Positions 41,664-56,725 of a stretch of 64,000 nucleotides of DNA are shown piece by piece. Below the pieces are notes generated by a model. It was given only the letters and a program-made list of their open reading frames with translations, searched no databases and had not been told where the DNA came from. Source of the stretch: Macrostomum lignano (Eukaryota). Position numbers and translations under genes: made by a program. How positions within the stretch are numbered: position 1 is the first letter of the stretch; every line of letters begins with the position of its first letter. The stretch spans positions 558,001 through 622,000 of the forward strand of contig NIVC01000413.1 in the NCBI GenBank assembly GCA_002269645.1, read 5' to 3'.

Positions 41664-43584
41664 TGCACACAGCCACCTAATGAGTTTCCAGTCCGCAGAG
41701 TACTGAATAGAGAGGAAAGCGAGGACCGAGACGTGCTCAGCTCTTCAAACTGCAGGCAACCGCACCGAGGCGACCCCAGTGCCGAATTACACACGAAGTA
41801 AAATCCCTACTTCGTAAAAAAGGTTTCACCCAGTAGAATCTGAAGAGCATCAAAGTGTAGATAGAAGGAAGAGATGAAATGAGGATCTGTGAGGCAGGGG
41901 CTCGGGTTCTCATTAAGACCTGGGGATCTCGCAGGAAACTGCTGGACTGTGCAGGCGGGAAATCTTCCCTCTGAGAGTTTTGAATCGGCTCAGGACTGCA
42001 ACGGGACGCTGCTTATTTGCCCTGAGTATGTTTTTCTGCTCAAAGCTTTGAGTGGTTGAAAAAAAAAATAGAATTCCGAATTAACTAGCTAGCTCATTGG
42101 GTACAGTGGCGGCTCAATACTTGGTAGGGCATCAGTGGCCCCAACAACGGAAGCAGAAGTTTCACCATAGACAATTTGGTGGAGCAAAATTCGATTTCCT
42201 GAGAGAATTAAAAATACACTACATGTAACGAAGCGACAAATACGAGCGAATACACACTTAAACCACGTTAACGTGCCTTTCCAGCTGGTTATTGCGATAG
42301 ATTTTTGCGGGATTTAAAAAGTTTTGCAATTAGAAATCCGCTCCTTCGTTTATCTTTTGTGATGAGTTGAGCGAATTCACTAAATAACTAAATAGTCCTC
42401 TGCTTCTTTATCTGCTCCAGCAAGAAATTCTTCTCCATTAGCAAGAGTGGCATTTCTTTATGCAATCGTGGCGATCCTACATAGTGACAATATGAGCCGC
42501 CAAGCCAACTTCTGGGTTCTCTCAAAATCGATATCACTTATGAACATAAACTATAATCGGATACGGCTTGTAACTTGAATGACTTGTAACTTTTAGACTC
42601 AAAATTGACAGGTTGTTTCTTGAATCGCAATTACTTGTATCTTTTAGCTTGTCACTACTAATCAACTTGTAACTTGTAGCGTTGTTACTTGTAAGATATA
42701 TCAGACACACCTCTGGCAAAAAATCCCCGGGTAAAGGCCATAGACTATAGCTTCTGCATTAGCAGCATTAGCTAGTGTCTGTGGCCCTAGCCTCTGAGAC
42801 GGCCGCTAAATACGAGTACATCAGCGAATGCTGGAGTGGCACATTTAGGTAAATATAAAAGCTGCATGTGATCTATACTATCTACAAGCTCCGTGTAGCG
42901 GCGTCCTTCTTTTTCGGCGTCTAACCGCATTTGTCCGTGGATAACTCACTGAAGACTAAGTGGGGTGGCAACGGAGAACCTCTCGTGGACTTCTTACTCC
43001 AAAGGCCAACAAAACTGACAAAATCAAGATCTAAGGAGCTTTAAGTGTATGTCAAGCAAAACAAAAGAAGCAGACACTCTTGGTATTTTAGTAGAAGCAT
43101 TTCTGAGCAAGAATCCGTAAGAAGAATTGAATGAAACTTCCCTCGGAGTCAGAAATGTTCTGCAGCTCCGGGTATAGGCAGGGGGCGGCGGAGTTGAACA
43201 TCTGGCCTTCTTCATGCGAAACGAACAGGTGTTTTTGTCCCCGGGAGTTTAGTTGACTGCAGGATGAGGGAGGCGAGGCAGTGGACTTCTGTCAGTCTAT
43301 ACTGCAAATTCCCATACCTGTTTGAACGGATGAAAGCTTTTGCGCGGCTATGCCATTTTCCCAATTTCTGGGGACAGAAATTGCCAGACACGCTCGTTGA
43401 ACAGCATCTTGCATGATGGAGTAGTTTGAAAGGAAAAATAAAGAGCGGATGCTGGTTCTGGAAATTATTAAGATGCGGCTTTTCCTACGGAGTTATTTGT
43501 ACGAACTTGAGGCTATGACCTAATAGGCCCCATAAACACTCGCAAAGTCAGTTTAAGCGCTCTTAAATCAATATATAATCAGCA

Positions 43585-46500
43585 TGTAAGACTCAGGAGA
43601 CTCAGGAGGGACACTGAGGACTCGGGAGGGACACTGAGGACTCGGGAGGGATACTGAGGACTCGGGAGGGATACTGAGGACTCGGGAGGGACACTGAGGA
43701 CTCGGGAGGGATACTGAGGACTCGGGAGGGACACTGAGGACTCGGGAGGGATACTGAGGACTCGGGAGGGACACTGAGGACTCGGGAGGGATACTGAGGA
43801 CTCGGGAGGGACACTGAGGACTCGGGAGGGATACTGAGGACTCGGGAGGGACACTGAGGACTCGGGAGGGACACTGAGGACTCGGGAGGGATACTGAGGA
43901 CTCGGGAGGGACACTGAGGACTCAGGAGGGACACTGAAGACTCGGGGAAGACACTGAGGACTCGGGAGGGACACCGAGGACTCGGGAGGGACACTGAAGA
44001 CTCGGGAAGAACACTAAGGACTCGGGGAGGGACACTGAAGACTCGGGGAAGACACTGAGGACTCAGGCAAGACACTGAGGACTCGGGAGGGACACTGAGT
44101 ACTCGGCAGGGACACTGAGGACTCGGGAGGGACACTGAGGACTCGGAGGGACACTGAGGACTCGGGAGGGACACTGAGGACTCGGGAGGGACACTGAGGA
44201 CTCAGGAGGGACACTGAAGACTCGAGGAAGACACTGAGGACTCAGGGAAGACACTGAGGACTCGGGAGGGACACTGAGGACTCAGGCAAGACCCTGAGGA
44301 CCCGGGGAAGACACTGAGGACTCGGGAAGACACTGAGGACTCGGGAGGGACACTGAAGACTCAGGCAAGACACTGAGGACCCGGGAGGGACACTGAGGAC
44401 CCGGGGAAGACACTGAGGACTCGGGAGGGACACTGAGGACTCGGGAGAGACACTGAAGACTCAGGCAAGACACTGAGGACCCAGGGAAGACACTGAGGAC
44501 TCGGGAGGGACACCGAGGACTCGGGAGGGACACTGAAGACTCGGAAAGAACACTAAGGACTCGGGGAGGGACACTGAAGACTCGGGGAAGACACTGAGGA
44601 CTCAGGGAAGACACTGAGGACTCGGGAGGGACACTGAGGACTCAGGCAAGACCCTGAGGACCCGGGAAGACACTGAGGACTCGGGAAGACACTGAGGACT
44701 CGGGAGGGACACTGAAGACTCAGGCAAGACACTGAGGACCCGGGAGGGACACTGAGGACCCGGGGAAGACACTGAGGACTCGGGAGGGACACTGAGGACT
44801 CGGGAGAGACACTGAAGACTCAGGCAAGACACTGAGGACCCAGGGAAGACACTGAGGACTCGGGAGGGACACCGAGGACTCGGGAGGGACACTGAAGACT
44901 CGGAAAGAACACTAAGGACTCGGGGAGGGACACTGAAGACTCGGGGAAGACACTGAGGACTCAGGGAAGACACTGAGGACTCGGGAGGGACACTGAGGAC
45001 TCAGGCAAGACCCTGAGGACCCAAGAAGACACTGAGGACTCGGGAAGACACTGAGGACTCGGGAGGGACACTGAAGACTCAGGCAAGACACTGAGGACCC
45101 GGGAGGGACACTGAGGACCCGGGGAAGACACTGAGGACTCGGGAGGGACACTGAGGACTCGGGAGAGACACTGAAGACTCAGGCAAGACACTGAGGACCC
45201 AGGGAAGACACTGAGGACTCGGGAGGGACACTGATGACTCGGGAGGGACACTGATGACTCGGGAGGGACACTGAAGACTCAGGCAAGACACTGAGAGTCG
45301 GGAAGACACTGAGGACTCGGGGAAGACACTGAGGACTCGGGGAAGACACTGAGGACTCGGGGAAGACACTGAGGACTCGGGGAAGACACTGAGGACTCGG
45401 GAGGGACACTGAAGACTCGGAAAGAACACTAAGGACTCGGGGAGGGACACTGAAGACTCGGGGAAGACACTGAGGACTCAGGCAAGACACTGAGGACTCG
45501 GGAGGGACACTGAGGACTCGGGAGGGACACTGAGGACTCGGGAGGGACACTGAGGACTCGGGAGGGACACTGAGGACTCGGGAGGGACACTGAGGGCTCA
45601 GGAGGGACACTGAGGACTCGGGAGGGACACTGAGGACTCGGGAGGGACACTGAGGACTCGGGAGGGATACTGAGGACTCGGGAGGGATACTGAGGACTCG
45701 GGAGGGATACTGAGGACTCGGGAGGGATACTGAGGACTCGGTAGGGATACTGAGGACTCGGGAGGGACACTGAGGACTCGGGCAAGACACTGAGGACTCG
45801 GGAGGGACACTGAGGAATCGGAGGGATACTGAGGACTCGGGAGGGATACTGAGGACTCGGGAGGGACACTGAGGACTCGGGCAAGACACTGAGGACTCGG
45901 GAGGGACACTGAGGACTCGGCAGGGATACTGAGGACTCGGGAGGGATACTGAGGACTCGGGAGGGATACTGAGTACTCGGGAGGGATACTGAGGACTCGG
46001 GAGGGACACTGAGGACTCGGGCAAGACAGTGAGGACTCGGGAGGGACACTGAGGACTCGGGAGGGACACTGAAAACTCGGGGAAGACACTGAGGACTCAG
46101 GGAAGACACTGAGGACTCGGGAGGGACACTGAGGACTCGGCAAGACACTGAGGACTCGGGAGGGACACTGAGGACTCGGCAGGGATACTGAGGACTCGGG
46201 AGGGATACTGAGGACTCGGGAGGGATACTGAGGACTCGGGAGGGATACTGAGGACTCGGGAGGGACACTGAGGACTCGGGAGGGACCTGAGGACTCGGGA
46301 GGGATACTGAGTACTCGGAGGGATACTGAGGACTCGGGAGGGACACTGAGGACTCGGGAAGACAGTGAGGACTCGGGAGGGACACTGAGGACTCGGGAGG
46401 GACACTGAAAACTCGGGGAAGACACTGAGGACTCAGGGAAGACACTGAGGACTCGGGAGGGACACTGAAGACTCAGGCAAGACACTGAGGACCGGGAGGG

Positions 46501-49068
46501 ACACTGAGGACCGGGGAAGACACTGAGGACTCGGGAGGGACACTGAAGACTCAGGCAAGACACTGAGAGTCGGGAAGACACTGAGGACTCGGGAAGACAC
46601 TGAGGACTCGGGAGGGACACTGAAGACTCAGGCAAGACACTGAGAGTCGGGAAGACACTGAGGACTCGGGGAAGACACTGAGGACTCGGGAGGGACACTG
46701 AAGACTCGGCAAGACACTGAGAGTCGGGAAGACACTGAGGACTCGGGAAGACACTGAGGACCCAGGGAAGACACTGAGGACTCGGAGGGACACTGAGGAC
46801 TCGGGAGGGACACTGAGGACTCGGGAGGGACACTGAAGACTCGGCAAGACACTGAGACTCGGAGACACTGAGGACTCGGGAGACACTGAGGACTCGGGAA
46901 GACACTGAGGACTCGGGAGACACTGAGGACTCGGGAGACACTGAGGACTCGGGAGGACACTGAGGACTCGGGAGGGACACTGAGGACTCGGGAGGGATAC
47001 TGAGGACTCGGGAGGGACACTGAGACTCAGGCAAGACAGTGAGGATCGGGAGACACTGAGGACTCAGGCAAGACGGGGAAGACACTGAGGACTCGGGAAG
47101 ACACTGAGGACTCGGGAGGGACACTGAAGACTCAGGCAAGACACTGAGGACCCGGGAGGACACTGAGGACCGGGAAGACACTGAGGACTCGGGAGGGACA
47201 CTGAAGACTCAGGCAAGACACTGAGAGTCGGGAAGACACTGAGGACTCGGGGAAGACACTGAGGACTCGGGAGGGACACTGAAGACTCAGGCAAGACACT
47301 GAGAGTCGGGAAGACACTGAGGACTCGGGGAAGACACTGAGGACTCGGGAGGGACACTGAAGACTCAGGCAAGACACTGAGAGTCGGGAAGACACTGAGG
47401 ACTCGGGGAAGACACTGAGGACTCGGGGAAGACACTGAGGACTCGGGGAAGACACTGAGGACTCGGGGAAGACACTGAGGACTCGGGAGGGACACTGAAG
47501 ACTCGGAAAGAACACTAAGGACTCGGGGAGGGACACTGAAGACTCGGGGAAGACACTGAGGACTCAGGCAAGACACTGAGGACTCGGGAGGGACACTGAG
47601 GACTCGGGAGGGACACTGAGGACTCGGGAGGGACACTGAGGACTCGGGAGGGACACTGAGGACTCGGGAGGGACACTGAGGCTCAGGAGGGACACTGAGG
47701 ACTCGGGAGGGACACTGAGGACTCGGGAGGGACACTGAGGACTCGGGAGGGATACTGAGGACTCGGGAGGGATACTGAGGACTCGGGAGGGATACTGAGG
47801 ACTCGGGAGGGATACTGAGGACTCGGTAGGGATACTGAGGACTCGGGAGGGACACTGAGGACTCGGGCAAGACACTGAGGACTCGGGAGGGACACTGAGG
47901 AATCGGGAGGGATACTGAGGACTCGGGAGGGATACTGAGGACTCGGGAGGGACACTGAGGACTCGGGCAAGACACTGAGGACTCGGGAGGGACACTGAGG
48001 ACTCGGCAGGGATACTGAGGACTCGGGAGGGATACTGAGGACTCGGGAGGGATACTGAGGACTCGGGAGGGATACTGAGGACTCGGGAGGGACACTGAGG
48101 ACTCGGGAGGGACCCTGAGGACTCGGGAGGGATACTGAGGACTCGGGAGGGATACTGAGGACTCGGGAGGGACACTGAGGACTCGGGCAAGACAGTGAGG
48201 ACTCGGGAGGGACACTGAGGACTCAGGCAAGACCCTGAGGACCCGGGGAAGACACTGAGGACTCGGGAAGACACTGAGGACTCGGGAGGGACACTGAAGA
48301 CTCAGGCAAGACACTGAGGACCCGGGAGGGACACTGAGGACCCGGGGAAGACACTGAGGACTCGGGAGGGACACTGAAGACTCAGGCAAGACACTGAGAG
48401 TCGGGAAGACACTGAGGACTCGGGAAGACACTGAGGACTCGGGAGGGACACTGAAGACTCAGGCAAGACACTGAGAGTCGGGAAGACACTGAGGACTCGG
48501 GGAAGACACTGAGGACTCGGGAGGGACACTGAAGACTCAGGCAAGACACTGAGAGTCGGGAAGACACTGAGGACTCGGGGAAGACACTGAGGACCCAGGG
48601 AAGACACTGAGGACTCGGGAGGGACACTGATGACTCGGGAGGGACACTGATGACTCGGGAGGGACACTGAAGACTCAGGCAAGACACTGAGAGTCGGGAA
48701 GACACTGAGGACTCGGGGAAGACACTGAGGACTCGGGGAAGACACTGAGGACTCGGGGAAGACACTGAGGACCCAGGGAAGACACTGAGGACTCGGGAGG
48801 GACACTGATGACTCGGGAGGGACACTGATGACTCGGGAGGGACACTGAAGACTCAGGCAAGACACTGAGAGTCGGGAAGACACTGAGGACTCGGGGAAGA
48901 CACTGAGGACTCGGGAGGGACACTGATGACTCGGGAGGGACACTGAGAGTCGGGAAGACACTGAGGACTCGGGGAAGACACTGAGGACTCGGAGGGACAC
49001 TGAAGACTCAGGCAAGACACTGAGAGTCGGGAAGACACTGAGGACTCGGGGAAGACACTGAGGACTTG
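43585..49068. repeat. ~5.5-kb satellite of ~20-bp units with higher-order structure
   Basis: Unit GACACTGAGGACTCGGGAGG with variants. Diagnostic variants recur at 359-bp and ~2085-bp offsets. Confidence 0.97.
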
Positions 49069-50344
49069 AGAAAGGACGCTGAAGACAAGGATATGCCACT
49101 AAAGCTGTGTATAAGTGGCATTCATTATTCAACAGCAGATCGGCTCCATCCAATTGTCGCAATTTCGTTATTTTTTAGCCAACATTTTAGCATCATAGAA
49201 TATCATTAATTCGCAGTGAAATTACGTGCGTACCATGCTGTTCTATCACATCTCCATAGCAACTAAAAAGCTGATTGATTATTAATCTCATGACCCTGGC
49301 CAGTGCAGCCAGCCGTGATGGTCTCTTAGCTATGCTCTCCGCATCGTCTCAGTTTTCAGGAAGCAAAATTCGTTTCCTGGAAGCATCAGCAACCTCTGGA
49401 GAGCTCTGGAGACAGACATACAGAGAGAGAGAGAGAGAGAGAGAGGGAGGGAGAGAGAGAGGGAGAAACAGGATACCGGATAAAATGAAGCTGACATTAG
49501 ATATGAAGCATCAACGAGTAGGAGCTGGTTGGTAAAGAAAATAACTGCTCTGCGCATATAATGGAGACTGCGGGTTTTGCAGGATTTTAGGTATTTCTCA
49601 CGTAGCAGACGGCGGGGAGGTCAAGGGAGAGGTTGCTCACAGCTTCAAATTTTCCCGATCGCCCCGAGGGTTTGAAGGCCCCGGATCCGTGCTCTTCCCT
49701 ATTATTCCCCCAAGCTGCTAATATGTTGGTCCTGCTCATCTGCAGCGCAGCTTCCCGAGTGACGAAACCGTATTTGTAAGCTTATTTTTCTCCTGCATCT
49801 CATTCGCAAAACAACGTTGCTGGCCTTGGGGTGAAGGGGGATCCCCAGGCAGAGGTTGGCTGCTCTGATCCCGAAGAAACGATGCGGCATGATCTGGACG
49901 CATCCCCATAGGGACTTCCATCCCCACTTCTCCTACCCCCATACCGAAATGTTTCTCAACTTTCGCTTGGCAGCCAGGAGAGATCCCATAAGACGTCCGA
50001 AGTGCATTTTCTTCCTAATGCCCGGCCATCCCACCCCTTAGATCCCAGTTCTCTTCTAGCGAATAATGATATGTCAGTAGCCACTGCTGGGGCTCCTGCG
50101 AGTGAAAGCATAAACAAATTCTGGTATCTCACTGGCTCCCTCGTATGCTCCCTGCGCTGCGGTCGATGCCGTGGTGCGGCCAGCCAATTTTCTCCTCTTG
50201 GTGATTAAGTTTCCTATAGGAGATTATTAACACGCTGGCGGCGCTGCGGGTTCCCAAGGGGGATTTCGCTGGCTTTAATTATAGCCCGACTTTGAGTGCC
50301 GACCATTTGCAGTCGCTACAGTGCGGTGCGACTTTGACAGCTGT

Positions 50345-52020
<1,676 letters not shown>

Positions 52021-52554
52021 ATCAAACGCATCCCCCAGTGTCTGGTCCCTCAGTAGTATATTAATCGATCTCGCAAGCAGCTGCCCAGCGGTCGCAGAGG
52101 ATTAGTGTAGATGGTTTGCTGTATAAGAAGCTGCCGGCCTTTCTCAGATTGCTAGGCTGAGAGAAGAGCGAGCGGTGGGGTTGGGCGATCATGAAAAAGC
52201 TTCTTGGATGCGCCGACGATTAAGTGGCCGCCTTCTAATCAAGCGAGCGGTTTGGGGGAAAGAGGAAAAATACTTTGGTTCTGGGCAATTTAGTCCTAAA
52301 AAAAGAAAAACTCGCGCAAAAATTCTGATGATTTTAATAGGAAGGGCAGATTGGGATTATCGTAAATTTTAGAAAGGAATCGGAATCGAAGAAAAAAAAT
52401 GGAACTATGGAAAAATGAATTACTCTCGCAATACTCTAGGGTGAGATGAGTGTGAGGTTTTGGATCATATAGAAAACTAATGGAAGTGAAGTAAAAAGAA
52501 AGTAAGAGAGTGGAAGTGAAATTAAGGCCAATAGCAAGGGGGAGATTGAGGGGG

Positions 52555-55140
52555 GAGAGAGTAGATAAGACAGTGAGAGACAGCAGGGGCGGAGATGAAG
52601 GGAGAGAGTAGGTGAGACAGTGAGAGGCAGCAGGGGGAGATGAAGGGAGAGAGTAGGTGAGATATGAGAGGCAGCAGGGGGGAGATGAAGGGAGAGAGTA
52701 GGTGAGACAGTAAGAGACAGCAGGGGGAGATGAAGTGAGACAGTAGGTGAGACAGTGAGAGACAGCATGGGATAGATGAAGGGAGAGAGTAGGTGAGACA
52801 GTGAGAGGCAGCAGGGGGAGATGAAGTGAGACAGTGAGAGACAGTAGGGAGAGATGAAGGGAGAGAGTAGGTGAGACAGTGAGAGACAGCAGGGGGAGAT
52901 GAAAGGAGAGAGTAGGTGAGACAGTGAGAGACAGCAGGGGACAGATGAAGGGAGAGAGTAGGTGAGACAGTGAGAGACAGCAGGGGGAGATGAAAGGAGA
53001 GAGTAGGTGAGACAGTGAGAGACAGCAGGGGACAGATGAAGGGAGAGAGTAGGTGAGACAGTGGGAGACAGCAGGGGATAGATGAAGTGAGAACAGTAGG
53101 TGAGACAGTGAGAGACAGCAGGGGGAGATGAAGTGTGACCGTAGGTGAGACAGTGAGAGGCAGCAGGGGACATATGAAGTGAGACAGTAGGTGAGACAGT
53201 GAGAGGCAGCAGGGGACAGATGAAGTGAGACAGTAGGTGAGACAGCAGGGGGAGATGAAAGGAGAGAGTAGGTGAGACAGTGAGAGACAGCAGGGGGAGA
53301 TGAAAGGAGAGAGTAGGTGAGACAGTGAGAGACAGCAGGGGACAGATGAAGGGAGAGAGTAGGTGAGACAGTGAGAGACAGCAGGGGGAGATGAAAGGAG
53401 AGAGTAGGTGAGACAGTGAGAGACAGCAGGGGGAGATGAAAGGAGAGAGTAGGTGAGACAGTGAGAGACAGCAGGGGGAGATGAAGTGAGACAGTAGGTG
53501 AGACAGTGAGAGGCAGCAGGGGACATATGAAGTGAGACAGTAGGTGAGACAGTGAGAGGCAGCAGGGGACATATGAAGTGAGACAGTAGTTGAGACAGTG
53601 AGAGGCAGCAGGGGATAGATGAAGGGAGAGAGTAGGTGAGACAGTGAGAGACAGCAGGGGATAGATGAAGTGAGAACAGTAGGTGAGACAGTGAGAGACA
53701 GCAGGGGGAGATGAAGTGAGACAGTAGGTGAGACAGTGAGAGACAGCAGGGGGAGATGAAGTGAGACAGTAGGTGAGACAGTGAGAGACAGCAGGGGGAG
53801 ATAAAGGAGACAGTAGGTGAGACAGTGAGAGACAGCAGGGGGAGATGAAGGGAGACAGTAGGTGAGACAGTGAGAGACAGCAGGGGGAGATGAAGGGAGA
53901 CAGTAGGTGAGACAGTGAGAGACAGCAGGGGGAGATGAAGTGAGACAGTAGGTGAGACAGTGAGAGACAGCAGGGGACATATGAAGTGAGACAGTAGGTG
54001 AGACAGTGAGAGACAGCAGGGGGAGATGAAGGGAGACAGTAGGTGAGACAGTGAGAGACAGCAGGGGATAGATGAAGGGAGAGAGTAGGTGAGACAGTGA
54101 GAGACAGCAGGGGATAGATGAAGGGAGAGAGTAGGTGAGACAGTGAGAGACAGCAGGGGATAGATGAAGTGAGAACAGTAGGTGAGACAGTGAGAGACAG
54201 CAGGGGGATGAAGACAGTGAGAGACAGCAGGGGATAGATGAAGGGAGAGAGTAGGTGAGACAGTGAGAGACAGCAGGGGATAGATGAAGGGAGAGAGTAG
54301 GTGAGACAGTGAGAGACAGCAGGGGATAGATGAAGTGAGAACAGTAGGTGAGACAGTGAGAGACAGCAGGGGGAGATGAAGTGAGACAGTAGGTGAGACA
54401 GTGAGAGGCAGCAGGGGACATATGAAGTGAGACAGTAGGTGAGACAGTGAGAGGCAGCAGGGGACAGATGAAGTGAGACAGTAGGTGAGACAGCAGGGGA
54501 GATGAAAGGAGAGAGTAGGTGAGACAGTGAGAGACAGCAGGGGGAGATGAAAGGAGAGAGTAGGTGAGACAGTGAGAGGCAGCAGGGGACATATGAAGTG
54601 AGACAGTAGGTGAGACAGTGAGAGACAGCAGGGACAGATGAAGGGAGAGAGTAGGTGAGACAGTGAGAGACAGCAGGGGGAGATGAAAGGAGAGAGTAGG
54701 TGAGACAGTGAGAGGCAGCAGGGGACATATGAAGGAGACAGTAGGTGAGACAGTGAGAGACAGCAGGGGATAGATGAAGGAGAGAGTAGGTGAGACAGTG
54801 AGAGACAGCAGGGGATAGATGAAGTGAGAACAGTAGGTGAGACAGTGAGAGACAGCAGGGGGAGATGAAGTGAGACAGTAGGTGAGACAGTGAGAGACAG
54901 CAGGGGGAGATGAAGTGAGACAGTAGGTGAGACAGTGAGAGACAGCAGGGGGAGATAAAGGAGACAGTAGGTGAGACAGTGAGACAGCAGGGGGAGATGA
55001 AGTGAGACAGTAGGTGAGACAGTGAGAGACAGCAGGGGGAGATGAAGTGAGACAGTAGGTGAGACAGTGAGAGACAGCAGGGGGAGATAAAGGAGACAGT
55101 AGGTGAGACAGTGAGACAGCAGGGGGAGATGAAGGGAGAG
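52555..55140. repeat. ~45-bp purine-rich minisatellite (~2.6 kb)
   Basis: Unit GTAGGTGAGACAGTGAGAGACAGCAGGGGGAGATGAAGGGAGAGA with variants. Confidence 0.97.
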
Positions 55141-55672
55141 AGCAGGATGAGGTCAAAGTCAGGCTGGCTGTACACTACAGAATCGGTAAAGAGAGGCACA
55201 CAAGCAAATGCATGCATAATTTCAGCTGCCTCTGGGGGAGGCGGGAAGCAAATGGAACTCAGCTGAGAGCCAGGCACCCAGATGCTAATCGGAACAAAAA
55301 ATCGATTCAACCCTGCTCCGTTTCCCCTTCCCGAAGTCCCAAATGAAGCACTATTTAGATCCCCAAAATCTCCAGGTTTTTGGGGTTTGAAAATGGGGGT
55401 GTGGGTGGGATTAGGCCTTGCACTTAGCGGGCGTCAGATCTGCATAATCCGTTTGACTTAGGAGCGGCCTTGGTCTCAATTTTGTGTCTAGATTCCTTCC
55501 CCAGTCCGATCCCCTAAGAATAGATGCTCCTTTCGCAAAGCTGCATCCTATCCAGCTGTATAAAGACGTTATACAGCTCGGAATCAAGAGTCGGCGGCTT
55601 TATTTTTTTCCGAAAATCAAATGCAAGTCAAGTGTCAAGCCGCATCTATTTTAGTATTTTTAGTATGGTGGA

Positions 55673-55712
55673 CTAGCAATCTGAGCCCCCTGTTGGGGAG
55701 GCAACAAAAAGG
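55673..55712 (-). mobile_element. Helitron-like 3' terminus (hairpin + CTAG)
   Basis: Minus strand TTGCCTCCCCAACAGGGGGCTCAGATTGCTAG followed by T: a GC hairpin 8 nt before CTAG. A near-identical copy lies at 56685. Confidence 0.5.
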
Positions 55713-55763
55713 AATAGACATTTTTGAATAAATTGCATGTAGAATTTGATTTTGTACAGCCAC

Positions 55764-55950
55764 TATTTATTTATCGTTAGGCATGTACACTTCACTGTGC
55801 CTTGGCGGTTGGCCCTAAAGGGCGTTAATTGCATGAGCAGAGCCAAGCTGAGATTCCAATTTAACCCCAAATTAATGTAACTGCACTTGGAATCGAGCCT
55901 GGGCTGTTGGCACATCAGAGCGCCGCGCTTGACCACTGGGCTACGGCCCC
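55764..55950 (-). mobile_element. tRNA-derived SINE copy
   Basis: Reverse complement GGGGCCGTAGCCCAGTGGTCAAGCG... has A box TAGCCCAGTGG and B box GGCTCGATTCC, the same body as 3602, and a (TAAA)n tail. Confidence 0.78.
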
Positions 55951-56390
55951 TTGCCGAGATGCCGAGGGTTAATTGAGAGTTTTTGGTAGCCCAAGCATAG
56001 TATAGAGTTAGGGTTAAGCAAATAGATTAATGGGAAGCTTTGATGCCAAGGCTCAGAGTCGTAGTATGAACTAATTTTTATGCAGTGGCGGATTTTAAAT
56101 GGGTAATTATGAGCTTTCAGTATCAAAATGCTATGAGGCCTTGATTTTTTGTTATAATCATTGCCACTGATTTTTAACCTCTGGGTCTGCGCCAATAAGT
56201 ACTCATTGCAAAAAAAACATTTTAAATAACTATCATGGAGTACTTAATTGAGTTGAATTTCACCACCAAACGATTAGACTGAGTCTAGATGCTTGAAAAA
56301 TGTTTGGCCAATGAGTTAACTTGCTCGAGTTAGCCATACTTGTAGTTATCTATATATAAAACTTTCCCAAAGCTAGTTGAGAGAGGTCTG

Positions 56391-56431
<41 letters not shown>

Positions 56432-56684
56432 ACTGATGTTTTTTTCAATCAGGGGATTAGCAAACAAATTGCTACGTTTAGCTATAATTGTGCTTGCATT
56501 AATAATAGAGTCGACTTAATTGTTAAAACAAATTTGGATAAAATATTATCATTAAACACATCAGCTGTTAATCTTGCTATAGATTGAAATACACTTTTGC
56601 TTGAGTATACAATCGTATGTGTATAATATATTATAGTATTAACATATTTTATACTTTATATTGCTTTATTAATAGTATATAGGA

Positions 56685-56725
56685 CTAGCAATCTGAGCCC
56701 CCTTGAGGGGGGCAATAAGAAATAA
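56685..56725 (-). mobile_element. Helitron-like 3' terminus (hairpin + CTAG)
   Basis: Minus strand TTGCCCCCCTCAAGGGGGCTCAGATTGCTAG followed by T. Confidence 0.52.

Noticed and set aside
43020-43260. Protein-like interrupted frames between satellites (also 40737-41114 and 49700-50200)
   Set aside because: No recognisable motif, multiple stops and no consistent splice phases; cannot support a gene or pseudogene call.
43568-49162. Dozens of overlapping Ser/Pro-rich ORFs
   Set aside because: All three minus frames are open because the 20-mer lacks stops; satellite artefact.
52296-55310. 1004-aa and 906-aa Cys/Ser/Leu-rich ORFs
   Set aside because: Translations of the pyrimidine-rich strand of the 45-bp satellite; no domain or codon signal.
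56084-56169. Possible ~85-bp MITE with CAGTGGC...GCCACTG ends
   Set aside because: Only a 7-bp inverted match, no TSD and no second full copy in the window.
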